Shown piece by piece: positions 39,154 to 48,974 of a stretch of 64,000 nt of DNA. Source of the DNA: an uncultured Trueperaceae bacterium (GTDB taxonomy: Bacteria > Deinococcota > Deinococci > Deinococcales > Trueperaceae); NCBI GenBank assembly GCA_963727505.1, contig CAVSGP010000004.1, positions 608,001-672,000 of the forward strand. Direction: 5' to 3'. Position numbers and translations under genes: made by a program. How positions within the stretch are numbered: the first letter of the stretch is position 1; every line of letters begins with the position of its first letter. The notes under the pieces are model-generated. The model did not search any database. It saw only the letters and a program-made list of their open reading frames with translations, and was not told the DNA's origin.

Positions 39154-41202
39154 TCAGCCCTGGACGCTCGGTTCAGGCTGCGAGCGACGCACGTCGACCA
39201 CCATCTGCACCACCGGCGCGTAGGTCTCGAACGCCTCCAGCAGCCGGCCCGCAGGATCGAACTTGCGGATGAGGTGGCCGCCGCGGCGCGCGGTGTAGAG
39301 GTAGCCCTCGTCGTCCACGCCGAGGTCGAGGATCGTGTCGGTGACCTCACCCTGGCGCGACTCCAGTGCGAACGACACCCCTACCTTGCCCTCCGCTGTC
39401 ACCTTGCGGACCTTGCCGGCAGCGGCGTCGCTGATGTAGAGGTTGCCGGCGCGGTCGAGCGTTACGCCGTCGAGCAAGCGCATACCAGGCTGGTCGGCGC
39501 CCAACTTGAACGCCCAGCGCGTCTGATAGCTGCCGTCGGGCGCCAGACGCTGCACCTGACGGTTGCCGAAGTCAAGAACGTAGAGGGCGCCGGCCGGGCC
39601 GACCACCAGCACGCGGGGGTCGTTGAAGGTCCCGTGCCCCTTGCCGCGGCCGCCGAAGCTGTCGAGGAACGCACCGTCGTTGCTGAAGTGCTGGACGAGG
39701 TGCGTTTCGCTGTCGAGCACGTACACGGTGTCGTCGGCGGCCACGGCCACCGACATCGGATACAGGAACTCGCCCGGTTTCATGCCGTAGGCGCCGAACG
39801 ACAGGAGCGGCTTCCCGTCCGGAGCGAGCTTGTGGATCATCCGGTGATCCTCCTGCCCGAGCCGGTACTCGAAGATCGCCGCGAAGAAGTTGCCCTGACT
39901 GTCCACGGACACCGATAGCGGCGCCGCCGAGAACGCCCCCGCGCCCACTCCGATGTCGCCGAGCGAGGTGTGCAGGTTGCCTTCGGGATCGAGGATGCGC
40001 AGGACCCCCTGGCGGGCGCTCACCGTCAGCACCAGGCGGCTGGGGAGGTTCAGGGGCTCGTCGTCGTCGAAGTCGGCCTTCTCGAGCGTGTCGTAGACCT
40101 CGTCCAGCGTCGGGCGCTCGTCCGGATCCTTGGCGATCATGCGCATCACCAGCTGGTCGAGCGCTTTGGGAACCTTCAGGTTGATCTGCCGAGGAGGCGG
40201 TGGGGTCTGGAAGATCTGCTGGTGGACGATCGCCTCGTAGCCGCCCTTGAAGGCTGTCTGGTTGGTCATCATCTCGTAGAACACCAGTCCCAGGCTGTAG
40301 ATGTCGCTGCGATGGTCGATCTTGAGCCCACGCGCTTGCTCCGGCGACATGTAGACCGGGGTGCCCACCCGCGCACCCGTCATGGTCAGGCGAGACAACA
40401 CCTTGCCCCCGGCGATGCCGAAGTCCATCAGCTTGACCGCCTCGGGTTGCACCCGCTGTTGTCCGTCGACCTCGCGCACGCCTCCGCGCAAGATCATGAT
40501 GTTGCCGGGTTTGATGTCGCGGTGGATGATGCCCGCTGAATGGATGTGCTGCAGGGCGCGTACCACGCGCTTCATGATGTCGACGTCGAGATCGAGGCCG
40601 AGTTCCTCGCCCTCGATGTACCCCTCGAGGCTACGTCCGTCGACGTATTCCATCACCATGTAGTGCTGGATGCCGATGCTGCCGTGCTCGTAGGTCTGCA
40701 CGATATTGACGTGGCTGAGGCGCTGCGCCACTTCCGCCTCGCGGTGGAAGCGACGGATGAACTTGGCGTCGGCGACGTACTGCTCCATGGGGATCTTCAG
40801 CGCGACGATCTGGTTGTCGGCCTTTCGCTTGGCCCGGTAGACGCTCGCCATGCCACCGGAGCCGACCTTCTCGAGCAGTTCGTAGCCCGGGATGTCCATG
40901 GCGTCGAAGCTGGACTGTACCCGCTTCTTGGCGCGCGCTGAGGCGCCTTGCGTGCGGTTGCGCCTGCGCTTGGGGGGAGCCACCCGGCTGCTGCGCAACG
41001 CCACCGTTCCGCCAGGCACCAGCAGCCCCAGCGCAAGCGCGTAGAGCAGCAGCGGCGAAACCGACCGAGCCAGACCACCCACCACCACGGCGCCCGCGCC
41101 GACGAGGAACGACAGCGCCAGCACCACCAGCACGATCCAGGTCGGCGCGCGCACGAGTAGCACGATGAGAATGGCGGCGATGGCGGCGAGCACGATCAGC
41201 AT
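39154..41202 (-). CDS. Membrane Ser/Thr kinase with a C-terminal NHL beta-propeller
   Basis: N-terminal TMs; GSGGMA, VALK, HRDIKP.N, DFG and GTP.YMSPEQ; NHL repeats. Confidence 0.92.
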   Translation of the reverse strand: MLIVLAAIAAILIVLLVRAPTWIVLVVLALSFLVGAGAVVVGGLARSVSPLLLYALALGLLVPGGTVALRSSRVAPPKRRRNRTQGASARAKKRVQSSFDAMDIPGYELLEKVGSGGMASVYRAKRKADNQIVALKIPMEQYVADAKFIRRFHREAEVAQRLSHVNIVQTYEHGSIGIQHYMVMEYVDGRSLEGYIEGEELGLDLDVDIMKRVVRALQHIHSAGIIHRDIKPGNIMILRGGVREVDGQQRVQPEAVKLMDFGIAGGKVLSRLTMTGARVGTPVYMSPEQARGLKIDHRSDIYSLGLVFYEMMTNQTAFKGGYEAIVHQQIFQTPPPPRQINLKVPKALDQLVMRMIAKDPDERPTLDEVYDTLEKADFDDDEPLNLPSRLVLTVSARQGVLRILDPEGNLHTSLGDIGVGAGAFSAAPLSVSVDSQGNFFAAIFEYRLGQEDHRMIHKLAPDGKPLLSFGAYGMKPGEFLYPMSVAVAADDTVYVLDSETHLVQHFSNDGAFLDSFGGRGKGHGTFNDPRVLVVGPAGALYVLDFGNRQVQRLAPDGSYQTRWAFKLGADQPGMRLLDGVTLDRAGNLYISDAAAGKVRKVTAEGKVGVSFALESRQGEVTDTILDLGVDDEGYLYTARRGGHLIRKFDPAGRLLEAFETYAPVVQMVVDVRRSQPEPSVQG

Positions 41203-41966
41203 CAGGCAACCTCGGCGATCACGAGCGTGATGTTGTCGGGTCCCCCGCGGTCGTTGGCCAGCGAGATGAGGTACTCCACGCTGAGCTGCCGGTTGGCGGT
41301 GCGCTTGATCTCGCCAAGGATCTCCTCGGGCTTCACCAGGCCGTGAAGGCCGTCGGTGGAGATGACGAACACGTCACCCGACTCGACGCCGATCTCGATG
41401 ACGTCGGGAGCGACCTGGGGGCGCGTTCCGAGTGCGCGGGTGATGAGGTTGCGCCACTCGTGCTGCTCCGCCTCGTCCTCGCTCAGGAGCCCCTTCTCGA
41501 GCTGCTCCTCGACCCAGGAGTGGTCCTTCGTGAGCTGGTAGATCTTGTTGCCGCGCACCATGTAGGCGCGCGAATCGCCGACATGCCCGACGTAGGCGCG
41601 GCGGCCGACCACCGCCACGCAGGTGAGCGTCGTCCCCATCCCGCGACGTCCCTGGTTCTTGATGGCCGCCGCGTAGACGCGACGGTTCGCCAGCCGCATC
41701 GCCTTCTCCGTCAGCTTGTCGATGCCGACCACCGGATTGCCGGCGCGAATCTCCTCCACGTACCGGCTGAAGGACTCGTCCAGCACCTCCATGGCGAGCT
41801 TGCTCGCCACTTCGCCGGCCGCAGCACCCCCCATCCCGTCTGCCACGGCAAGGAGCGTCAGCTCCCCGTCAGCGAGCGGGAACTGCCAGACACGATGATA
41901 GTCCTCGTTGAGGGGCCGGACGCGACCCACATCCGATCCGTGCCCCACGTTCTGTCCCAGCCGCAC
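41202..41966 (-). CDS. PP2C/Stp1 Ser/Thr phosphatase
   Basis: NED, VADGMGG, MGTT, HVGDSR, TDGL and GGPDNIT motifs. Confidence 0.94.
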   Translation of the reverse strand: MRLGQNVGHGSDVGRVRPLNEDYHRVWQFPLADGELTLLAVADGMGGAAAGEVASKLAMEVLDESFSRYVEEIRAGNPVVGIDKLTEKAMRLANRRVYAAAIKNQGRRGMGTTLTCVAVVGRRAYVGHVGDSRAYMVRGNKIYQLTKDHSWVEEQLEKGLLSEDEAEQHEWRNLITRALGTRPQVAPDVIEIGVESGDVFVISTDGLHGLVKPEEILGEIKRTANRQLSVEYLISLANDRGGPDNITLVIAEVA

Positions 41967-42040
41967 GGCGTCAGTCTACCGCGACCGCTTCGGGGCCCGA
42001 ACGACAATTCCCACACATTCCGTCAGGCACGCGAGAGATG

Positions 42041-42658
42041 TCAGTTGCCCTTGGGTCGGGGTCGCCGGACCGTCTCCAGGTAGGGGTAACTCTCGAGCAG
42101 GTGCCGGTAGTCCTGGAACAGCTTCACCGCCTCGTGCTGGTCGGTCGGGAGCTCCCGGATCCGGAGGTACGCCGTCTCCCCGGCTGGCAGAACGAACGTC
42201 GGCGTGCCGAAGACGTCGCGCGCCGCTGCGTAATGGTGCTCCTGAGCGAGAACGGTGCGGCACTCGGGGTTGGTCAGATCGTCGGTGAAGCGCGGCACGT
42301 GGAGACCATTGCAGTCGGCGACCTCGTCGATGGTCGCGCGGTTCAGGGGTCGGTGGTCGCGATGACGTGCGCGCAGCAAGCCCAGCCGGAAGGCCGCGAA
42401 GGCGTCGGGCCCCTGCTTCCGGGCCGCCTGCGACGCCAGGAAGGGAAGCAAACCCTTGCTGCCCATGTCGTCATCCGGGTCGATCGGCTCGTTCCACAGC
42501 TGCCAGCGCTCGCGCGGGTCGTGGTTGAACTGGTAGAGGCTGAAGTGGCGCCACTCGAAGACCAGGTCGAGGGGGCCTGCTACCCACTCCACCAGTTCCG
42601 CCGCGCGCCACGAGTACGGGCAGGTGTAGTCGAAGAAGACGGTGACCCCTTCCGGCAT
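42041..42658 (-). CDS. DsbA/thioredoxin-fold protein (CPYS monothiol)
   Basis: FDYTCPYS and VFGTPTF motifs. Confidence 0.8.
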   Translation of the reverse strand: MPEGVTVFFDYTCPYSWRAAELVEWVAGPLDLVFEWRHFSLYQFNHDPRERWQLWNEPIDPDDDMGSKGLLPFLASQAARKQGPDAFAAFRLGLLRARHRDHRPLNRATIDEVADCNGLHVPRFTDDLTNPECRTVLAQEHHYAAARDVFGTPTFVLPAGETAYLRIRELPTDQHEAVKLFQDYRHLLESYPYLETVRRPRPKGN

Positions 42659-42787
42659 AGGACCATTACAAACCGGCCTCCAGTTCGCTCGGGTAGCGCC
42701 CATGACAGCCGTCCAGGGCGTGCGCGATGCGCACGCATGGCGCCTGCACCGGAACGGCCGGAGGCGTGCGGGGCCGCCCCCGCGCCG

Positions 42788-43057
42788 TCAGTTCGACTCG
42801 TCGGGATCCGAACGGGGCGGTTCCGGGATGGGGCCGTGATGCTCTTCGAAGCGCCGGATGTTCTCCTCCAGGCTCCGCAACAGCGCCTTGGCGTGACGCG
42901 GGCTGGTGATGACGCGGGCGGTAACCACGGGCGCCTGCTGCGGGTACGCCAGCGCGAAGTCCACGATGAACTCGTCGTGGGTGTGGGTGATGATGGCGAG
43001 GTTGGCATAGTGCCCCCGCGCCACCTCCGGCGGGATCTCCAGGTGGAACTCGTTCAC
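42788..43057 (-). CDS. DUF3467-like protein
   Basis: G.YANLAII.H...EF.VDF...RVI.SP.HAK.L...L.ENI..FE...G.I; TACGCT-N6-GTG. Confidence 0.8.
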   Translation of the reverse strand: MNEFHLEIPPEVARGHYANLAIITHTHDEFIVDFALAYPQQAPVVTARVITSPRHAKALLRSLEENIRRFEEHHGPIPEPPRSDPDESN

Positions 43058-43083
43058 ACCCTCAGCGTACTCGTCCCGTCCGC

Positions 43084-43485
43084 TCAAGACGCCTCGAGCC
43101 GTCCCAACGCCTCGGCCAGTGCCGGCAGCCGTCGCTTGAGCTGGAACCGCACCCTGCCGAGGTCGGTGACGTCGGCGAGCCCAACCACCGCCACGTGCTC
43201 CGGTTCCATCTCTGCCCCGCCGTCGACGGGCGCGAGCAAGACGGGCCCTTTTTCGTACTCCACAAGCGTCTGCTGCACCGCGGCGTCGCCGAGCAAGCCT
43301 CCGAGGGCCCGGCTCGATGCCAGCGCGGTCGGCACCAGCTCCTGCAGCGCACGCAACACATCCTCGCCCAGCGCCAGGCCGTCGACCAAGGAGCCGTCGG
43401 CGCCGGCGACCGCCACGCTGGTGACGCCTCGGATCCCGAGGATCTCGCGCAGGACGTCCTTCAAGGTCGCCTCCGGAACGCTCAC
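43084..43485 (-). CDS. Roadblock/LC7 domain protein
   Basis: GV..V.V.G.DG...LG.VR pattern. Confidence 0.75.
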   Translation of the reverse strand: MSVPEATLKDVLREILGIRGVTSVAVAGADGSLVDGLALGEDVLRALQELVPTALASSRALGGLLGDAAVQQTLVEYEKGPVLLAPVDGGAEMEPEHVAVVGLADVTDLGRVRFQLKRRLPALAEALGRLEAS

Positions 43486-43847
43486 GCGGCGCCTCCGAGC
43501 GCATCGCGCAGCGACACCACGGCGGCCCGCGCGACCTCGAGCGCGCCGGAGGCCTCGTCGCCTGCCAACACGAGGGCGAGAGCGTGCTCGCCGAGCAACA
43601 GGCAGGTCAGGCGGTAACCGGGCGCCCGTACCGTGATCTCGTTGGCCTCGCCCAGCATCAGCCGGTCGGCAGCCGACCGGCAGGCCTCTGCCAGCGCACC
43701 CCCCTCGGCCGCCAGTACGTCGGCCCGCACACCGTGGCCGACCATCTCCACGGGCAGGCCGTCGCGCGTCAGCACCAGCGCCGCCACCACACCGCCTTCC
43801 TCCCCGAGCGGCGCAAGGGCTTCGCGCAGGCGCGCCTGTGCGCTCAT
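43482..43847 (-). CDS. Roadblock/LC7 domain protein
   Basis: GVVAALV..RDGLPVE...LAAE pattern. Confidence 0.78.
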   Translation of the reverse strand: MSAQARLREALAPLGEEGGVVAALVLTRDGLPVEMVGHGVRADVLAAEGGALAEACRSAADRLMLGEANEITVRAPGYRLTCLLLGEHALALVLAGDEASGALEVARAAVVSLRDALGGAA

Positions 43848-43949
43848 GCGAAGCTCCCCTCGATCTTGCGGGCCGCTTCGCCGGTGTGCAGGCGCGCCTG
43901 TGCGCTCATGCGAAGCTCCCCTCGATCTTGCGGGCCGCTTCGCCGGTGT
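43826..43949. repeat. Exact 62-bp tandem duplication over a gene junction
   Basis: 43826-43887 equals 43888-43949, followed by gcaggcg microhomology. Confidence 0.95.
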
Positions 43950-44268
43950 GCAGGCGGGCCTTGCCGACGTTGCCGTGGCGGTTGAGGACCAGCAGACAGA
44001 AGAGGTTGCCCTCCAGCAAGCGGGCGTAGGCGATGCGCCGGTCGCTGGTGACGATCACTTCGTGCAACGGGCCGCCACCGAGGTGCTCGCTCACGGTGCT
44101 CGATAACCCCGTCAGGGCGTTGGTGAGCTCGGCGACCACGCCTGCGAGCTCGGTGCTCTCACGGGGGGACTGCTCGATCACAAGACCGTCCATTCCGGCA
44201 ACGGCGGCGGCGAGGCACCCGTCCACCCCCTGCACGAGCTGCGCGAGGATCTCCTCCATGTCCTGCAC
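43906..44268 (-). CDS. Roadblock/LC7 domain protein
   Basis: VDG..AA.V.GMDGL.IE...GNVG.AR; TAGAAT-N7-GTG. Confidence 0.82.
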   Translation of the reverse strand: MQDMEEILAQLVQGVDGCLAAAVAGMDGLVIEQSPRESTELAGVVAELTNALTGLSSTVSEHLGGGPLHEVIVTSDRRIAYARLLEGNLFCLLVLNRHGNVGKARLHTGEAARKIEGSFA

Positions 44269-44420
44269 AGGCGGGATTCTAGCACGCCACCGCGCCTCGC
44301 TCCCGTTCAACCTTTCATAGTTGCAGCCTCACCCGAGCCGCGCGCCGGCCCGCGTCTGTCGTGTCCGGGGGCACCCCGGCGCAAAGGTCGCGCGCCTCAC
44401 GCTCCTGGTATCGTGACCCG

Positions 44421-45146
44421 ATGACACCGTTGCACGTTCGCGCCCACCAGGACGACGTCGCCCCCTTCGTGTTGCTCCCCGGCGACCCGGACCGGGCGCG
44501 ACGCATCGCGGAACGCTTCTTCGACGACGCCCGGCCCATCAACACGTACCGCCAGCTTCTCGGCTTCAGCGGTCACTACAAGGGCATGCCGGTCACTGTG
44601 CAGACCACCGGGATGGGCTGTCCCAGCCTCGCCATCGTGGTCGAGGAGCTGATCCAGCTCGGCGCCCGGACGCTGGTGCGCGTGGGCACCTGCGGCACCG
44701 TCGCCAGCGGCCTCGCTCCCGGCGACCTGGTGGTGGCCGTGTCCAGCATCCCCCGCGACGGCACCACCGCCACGTACCTCCACGGCGAGCCCTACGCTCC
44801 CACCGCAGACTTCGTGGTCACCCGCGCGTTGGTGGAGGCAGCCGAGGCGTCGGGTCGGCGCCCTGCCGTCGGCCTCATCCAGACCGAGGACGCCTTCTAC
44901 GCCACCGCACCCGAGGACGTCCCCGCCCTGGCGACGAAGGGCGTGCTGGCCGTGGAGATGGAGGCCTCCGCGCTGTTCACGCTGGGAGCGCTGCGGGGCG
45001 TGCGCACCGGCTGCGCGCTGGTGGCCAGCAACGCCATCGGAGACCCCAGGTTCGTGGACCCCGAGGTGCTCAACCAGGCTGTCGACGGCATGGTGGAGAC
45101 CGCGCTGGAGGCCGGGCTTGCCCTCCAGGAGGGCGGCGAGCCGTGA
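44421..45146 (+). CDS. Purine/uridine nucleoside phosphorylase (DeoD-type)
   Basis: LPGDP.RA, TGMG.PS, RVGTCG, DAFY and VEME motifs. Confidence 0.9.
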   Translation: MTPLHVRAHQDDVAPFVLLPGDPDRARRIAERFFDDARPINTYRQLLGFSGHYKGMPVTVQTTGMGCPSLAIVVEELIQLGARTLVRVGTCGTVASGLAPGDLVVAVSSIPRDGTTATYLHGEPYAPTADFVVTRALVEAAEASGRRPAVGLIQTEDAFYATAPEDVPALATKGVLAVEMEASALFTLGALRGVRTGCALVASNAIGDPRFVDPEVLNQAVDGMVETALEAGLALQEGGEP

Positions 45147-45237
45147 GCCACCGGCGGCACGTACGCCGCCGACAGGACCGCCATCGCGCGCGGGGCGGCA
45201 GGTGCGCCCCCGCTCCCGCGCTGGGAAAGGACGACGC

Positions 45238-46080
45238 ATGAACGTAGCCGTGATCGGAGCAGGAACGATGGGGTCCGGGATCGCGCAGACCTGCGCGGTG
45301 GCTGGGCACGACGTGGTGCTGTGCGACGTGGCTCCCGGAGTGCTGGACCGTGCCGAGCGGGCGATCGCCTCCAGCCTCGGCCGGCTGGTGAAGAAGGAGG
45401 CACTCGGTCAGAGCGACGCGGACGAGGCACGCGGTCGCATCGCCATGCGCGACCGCCTCGAAGGCCTCGAGGAGGCCGGCGTCGTCATCGAAGCCGTGTA
45501 CGAGTCGCTCGAGGTGAAGCGCGACGTCTGGGGCCGGCTCGCGGCGGCCACCAGCGAAGGCGCCCTGCTCGCCACCAACACCTCCAGCCTATCGGTCACC
45601 GAGGTAGCGGGTTTCAGCGGCCGGCCGGAGCGATTCTGCGGCATGCACTTCTTCAACCCGGTGCCGGTCATGGCGCTGGTCGAGGTCGTGCGCGGGCTGC
45701 GCTCTTCCGACGAGACGGTGGAACAGGCGCGCGCCTTCGCCGAGGGGATCGGGAAGACCCCCATCGTGTGCGAGGACAAGCCGGGATTCATCGTCAACCG
45801 CCTGCTCATCCCCTACCTGAACGACGCCGTACACGCGCTGTCCGAGGGGGTTGCGTCGGCCGAGGACATCGACAGAGCGATGAAGCTGGGGGCGAACATG
45901 CCCATCGGGCCACTGGCGCTCTCGGATCTGGTGGGACTGGACGTCGGGCTGGCCGCCACCGAAGCGCTGTTCGCCGAGTTCGGCGACCCCAAGTACCGGC
46001 CCGCACCGCTCATGCGCCAGATGGTGCGCGCCGGCAAACTCGGCCGCAAGAGCGGCGAGGGCTTCTTCCGCTACGATTGA
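45238..46080 (+). CDS. hbd: 3-hydroxybutyryl-CoA dehydrogenase
   Basis: GAGTMG, NTSSLS, GMHFFNP, GFIVNR and GRKSGEGF motifs. Confidence 0.9.
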   Translation: MNVAVIGAGTMGSGIAQTCAVAGHDVVLCDVAPGVLDRAERAIASSLGRLVKKEALGQSDADEARGRIAMRDRLEGLEEAGVVIEAVYESLEVKRDVWGRLAAATSEGALLATNTSSLSVTEVAGFSGRPERFCGMHFFNPVPVMALVEVVRGLRSSDETVEQARAFAEGIGKTPIVCEDKPGFIVNRLLIPYLNDAVHALSEGVASAEDIDRAMKLGANMPIGPLALSDLVGLDVGLAATEALFAEFGDPKYRPAPLMRQMVRAGKLGRKSGEGFFRYD

Positions 46081-46113
46081 GGGGAACCCCCTTCCCCGCC
46101 ACCGGAGGCTTGC

Positions 46114-46917
46114 ATGAGCGATCAGGAACCCTACGAGGATTTCACCTTCGAGAATCTCCGCTACGAGGTCGACGACGGCATCGCCGTGATCACCGTCGAC
46201 CGCCAGGAAGCGCTCAACGCCCTCAACGACGAGGTGCTCACGGAGCTGTCGTTCGCCTTCGAGTTGGCCGAGGCCGACCTCGAGGTGCGAGCGCTCGTCC
46301 TGACCGGCGCCGGGCGCGCGTTCGTGGCAGGGGCCGACATCGCAGCCCTGCAACGCCTGTCGGACACCTTCGCGGGCCGCGAGGCGTCTCTCGCCGGCCA
46401 GGACCTGACCAACACCCTGGCTGCGCTGCCGATCCCCACCATCGCTGCGCTCAACGGCTTTGCGCTCGGCGGGGGGCTGGAGCTTGCGCTCGCCGCCGAC
46501 CTGCGGGTCGCCTCGCCGAAGGCCCGGCTGGGGCTCCCCGAGGTCGGCCTGGGCCTCATCCCCGGCTACGGCGGGACGCAGCGCCTACCGCGCCTCATCG
46601 GACAGGGTCGCGCTCTCGACCTCATCTTCACCGGCCGTCAGGTCGGGGCCGAGGAGGCGCTCGCCATGGGACTGGTCAACCGCATCGCCGATGATGCCCT
46701 GGAGGGCGCCAAGGAGCTGGCGCGCCTCACCATGCGCAAGGCGCCCATCGCTCTCGGCCTGGCCAAGGAGGCAGTGGTGCGCGGACTGGACGTGACCCTC
46801 AACCAGGGGCTGGAGATCGAGGCCGACCTCTTCGGCATGGCGACGACCACCGAGGACATGAAGGAGGGAACCTCCGCGTTCCTCGAGAAGCGCGATCCGG
46901 AGTTCAGCGGGCAGTAG
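46114..46917 (+). CDS. Enoyl-CoA hydratase (crotonase)
   Basis: AFVAGADI, GGGLELA and PEVGLG..PG.GGTQRL motifs. Confidence 0.92.
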   Translation: MSDQEPYEDFTFENLRYEVDDGIAVITVDRQEALNALNDEVLTELSFAFELAEADLEVRALVLTGAGRAFVAGADIAALQRLSDTFAGREASLAGQDLTNTLAALPIPTIAALNGFALGGGLELALAADLRVASPKARLGLPEVGLGLIPGYGGTQRLPRLIGQGRALDLIFTGRQVGAEEALAMGLVNRIADDALEGAKELARLTMRKAPIALGLAKEAVVRGLDVTLNQGLEIEADLFGMATTTEDMKEGTSAFLEKRDPEFSGQ

Positions 46918-46922
46918 GTGGT

Positions 46923-47786
46923 TCAGCCGGGATAGAGGCGCTCGAGGTGCTCGAGCGCCAGCCGGTCGATGCGGTCCTCATGGGTGAGGCGCTCCTCGAG
47001 GTTCTCGACCCCCGCCAGCGCGCGCAGCGCGCGCTGCGCGCCCTCGCCCCAGCCGTCCCCCGCGCGGTGGCGGCCGGAGCGCTCCAGCACGCGTAGCAAC
47101 CGCTCCAGCACCGCACCCTCCAGCGGCAGAAGGTCCTCCTCACGGGGACGCTCGAAGTAGAGGCTGTGGAGCTCCAGCAGCTCACGAAGCCGGCCCACGG
47201 GAGCGGCATGGTCGTCGACCCGGAGGTCGACGTAGCGATCGTTGAAGCCGCCGTAGCCCGCACCGGCACGGACCACCAGCAGGGCCGCGCCCTGCCGTCC
47301 GCGCCGGTCGCCGCCGGCCTCGTCGCCGGCGCGCAACGCCGCCACGAGCCGCTCCGCCAGCGAGCCACGCGTCGCCTCGAACGTGTCTGCCAGGCCATCG
47401 ACCACCTCGGGACCGGCGAGGAGGTTTCCCTGCGCCGCGAAGCCCGCGCGCGCCACGCCTCCCGCCCACGGGTGGCAGGCATCGCCGGTGAAGCTCAGAC
47501 TGCGCCCGGAGGCGTCCACCAGTCCGTACTGGCGCATGGCGTGCTGGTCGTCGGTGGCGGCGAACGACTCGTGGATCAGGTCGATGGGAACGCCCGCCCG
47601 CAGCGCGGCCATGGCGCGCGGGCCGTAGCTGGTGTTGGCGTAGCTCTGGGTCGCCACGGCGCCGACGTCCGCCTCGGCGAAGGGCACGACCGCTCCGACG
47701 GCAAGGAACTTCGACGCCACGGCGATGCCGAGGTCACCGCTCTGCGCATCGCGGGCCACGATGGAAAACGTGCTGACCGGTCGCAT
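46923..47786 (-). CDS. DUF1028 family (Ntn-hydrolase-like) protein
   Basis: TFSIVARD, ATQS, QGNLL, GGD.RG.Q and DLRVDDH motifs. Confidence 0.87.
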   Translation of the reverse strand: MRPVSTFSIVARDAQSGDLGIAVASKFLAVGAVVPFAEADVGAVATQSYANTSYGPRAMAALRAGVPIDLIHESFAATDDQHAMRQYGLVDASGRSLSFTGDACHPWAGGVARAGFAAQGNLLAGPEVVDGLADTFEATRGSLAERLVAALRAGDEAGGDRRGRQGAALLVVRAGAGYGGFNDRYVDLRVDDHAAPVGRLRELLELHSLYFERPREEDLLPLEGAVLERLLRVLERSGRHRAGDGWGEGAQRALRALAGVENLEERLTHEDRIDRLALEHLERLYPG

Positions 47787-47858
47787 GCGCATCACCCTAC
47801 CACCAGGTCCGCGGCGCGGCGGGCTCGGCACGCGCGTGCAGACGGTAGACTCGACGGC

Positions 47859-48902
47859 ATGGAAATTCTCGAACGACTCTCGGAGCTTGCCGGCGTCCCC
47901 GGCCGCGAGGAGCGCGTGCGCGCTTTCATCGAAGAGCACATCCGCGACCATGTCGATGATCTCGAGACCGACGCGCTCGGCAACCTGCATGCGGTCAAGC
48001 GCAGTGGCACGACGGGCGCCCCCGCGCTGATGGTTGCTGCCCACATGGACGAGATCGGCTTCGTGGTTCGCTTCATCGACGATCGCGGTTTCCTGCGCCT
48101 CCAGAGCGTGGGCGGCTTCGACCCGCGCAACCTGTTCGCCCGCCAGGTCACCGTGCACGGCTCCCTCAAGGGCCGGGAGCTGGTCGGCGTCCTCAACCCG
48201 GCCGGCAAGCCCGTCCACCTCTCCACGCCGGAGGAACGCAGCAAGGTGCCGCAGCTCGACACCTTCTTCGTCGACCTCGGGCTCGACGCAGAGCGGGTCC
48301 GGGAACTGGTGCGCGTCGGGGACATGGTCACGCTGCGCCAGCCCTTCGCCGACCTGGGCGACGTCGTGACCGGCAAGGCGCTCGACGACCGGGCGGGCTG
48401 CTGGATCCTGATGGAGGCGCTGAAGCGCGTGAAGGACCCGGCCATGGACGTACACGCGGTCTTCACGGTGCAGGAGGAGGTCGGACTGCGCGGCGCCGGC
48501 ACCGGGGCCTTCAAGGTCGCGCCCGACGTGGCGGTCGCGCTCGACACCACCCTGGCCGTCGATACGCCCGACAGCCGCGACGACCTGCGCGTCACCGAGC
48601 TCGGCAAGGGCACGGCGATCAAGGTGATGGACGGTGCGAGCATCAGCACCCGCTGGCTGGTCGACGCGTTCATCGCGCTGGCGGAGCGCCGCGAGGTGCC
48701 CTACCAGCTCGAAGTGCTACCGCTGGGCGGGACGGACGCCGCCGCCATGCAGCGCTCGCGCGAGGGTGTCCCGTCGATCACGCTCTCCACGCCGTCGCGC
48801 TACGTGCACACCGTCACCGAGATGGTGTCCAAGGCCGACCTCGACGCCGCCGTCTCGCTTCTCACGGCCGCTATCGAAGAGGGTATCGACATCGCGGCGT
48901 GA
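47859..48902 (+). CDS. M42 family metallopeptidase
   Basis: HMDEIG, KALDDR, QEEVG and RYVH motifs. Confidence 0.92.
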   Translation: MEILERLSELAGVPGREERVRAFIEEHIRDHVDDLETDALGNLHAVKRSGTTGAPALMVAAHMDEIGFVVRFIDDRGFLRLQSVGGFDPRNLFARQVTVHGSLKGRELVGVLNPAGKPVHLSTPEERSKVPQLDTFFVDLGLDAERVRELVRVGDMVTLRQPFADLGDVVTGKALDDRAGCWILMEALKRVKDPAMDVHAVFTVQEEVGLRGAGTGAFKVAPDVAVALDTTLAVDTPDSRDDLRVTELGKGTAIKVMDGASISTRWLVDAFIALAERREVPYQLEVLPLGGTDAAAMQRSREGVPSITLSTPSRYVHTVTEMVSKADLDAAVSLLTAAIEEGIDIAA

Positions 48903-48974
48903 GCGTCTGCCGGCGCCATTCCCGAAGCCGACCCCCCGCTGAGGGCTGCATCAGCCCGGTGCTAGACTGACGCC

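Noticed and set aside
43826..43949. Possible att site or target-site duplication
   Set aside because: The copies are directly adjacent with no inserted element; microhomology fits slippage or misassembly
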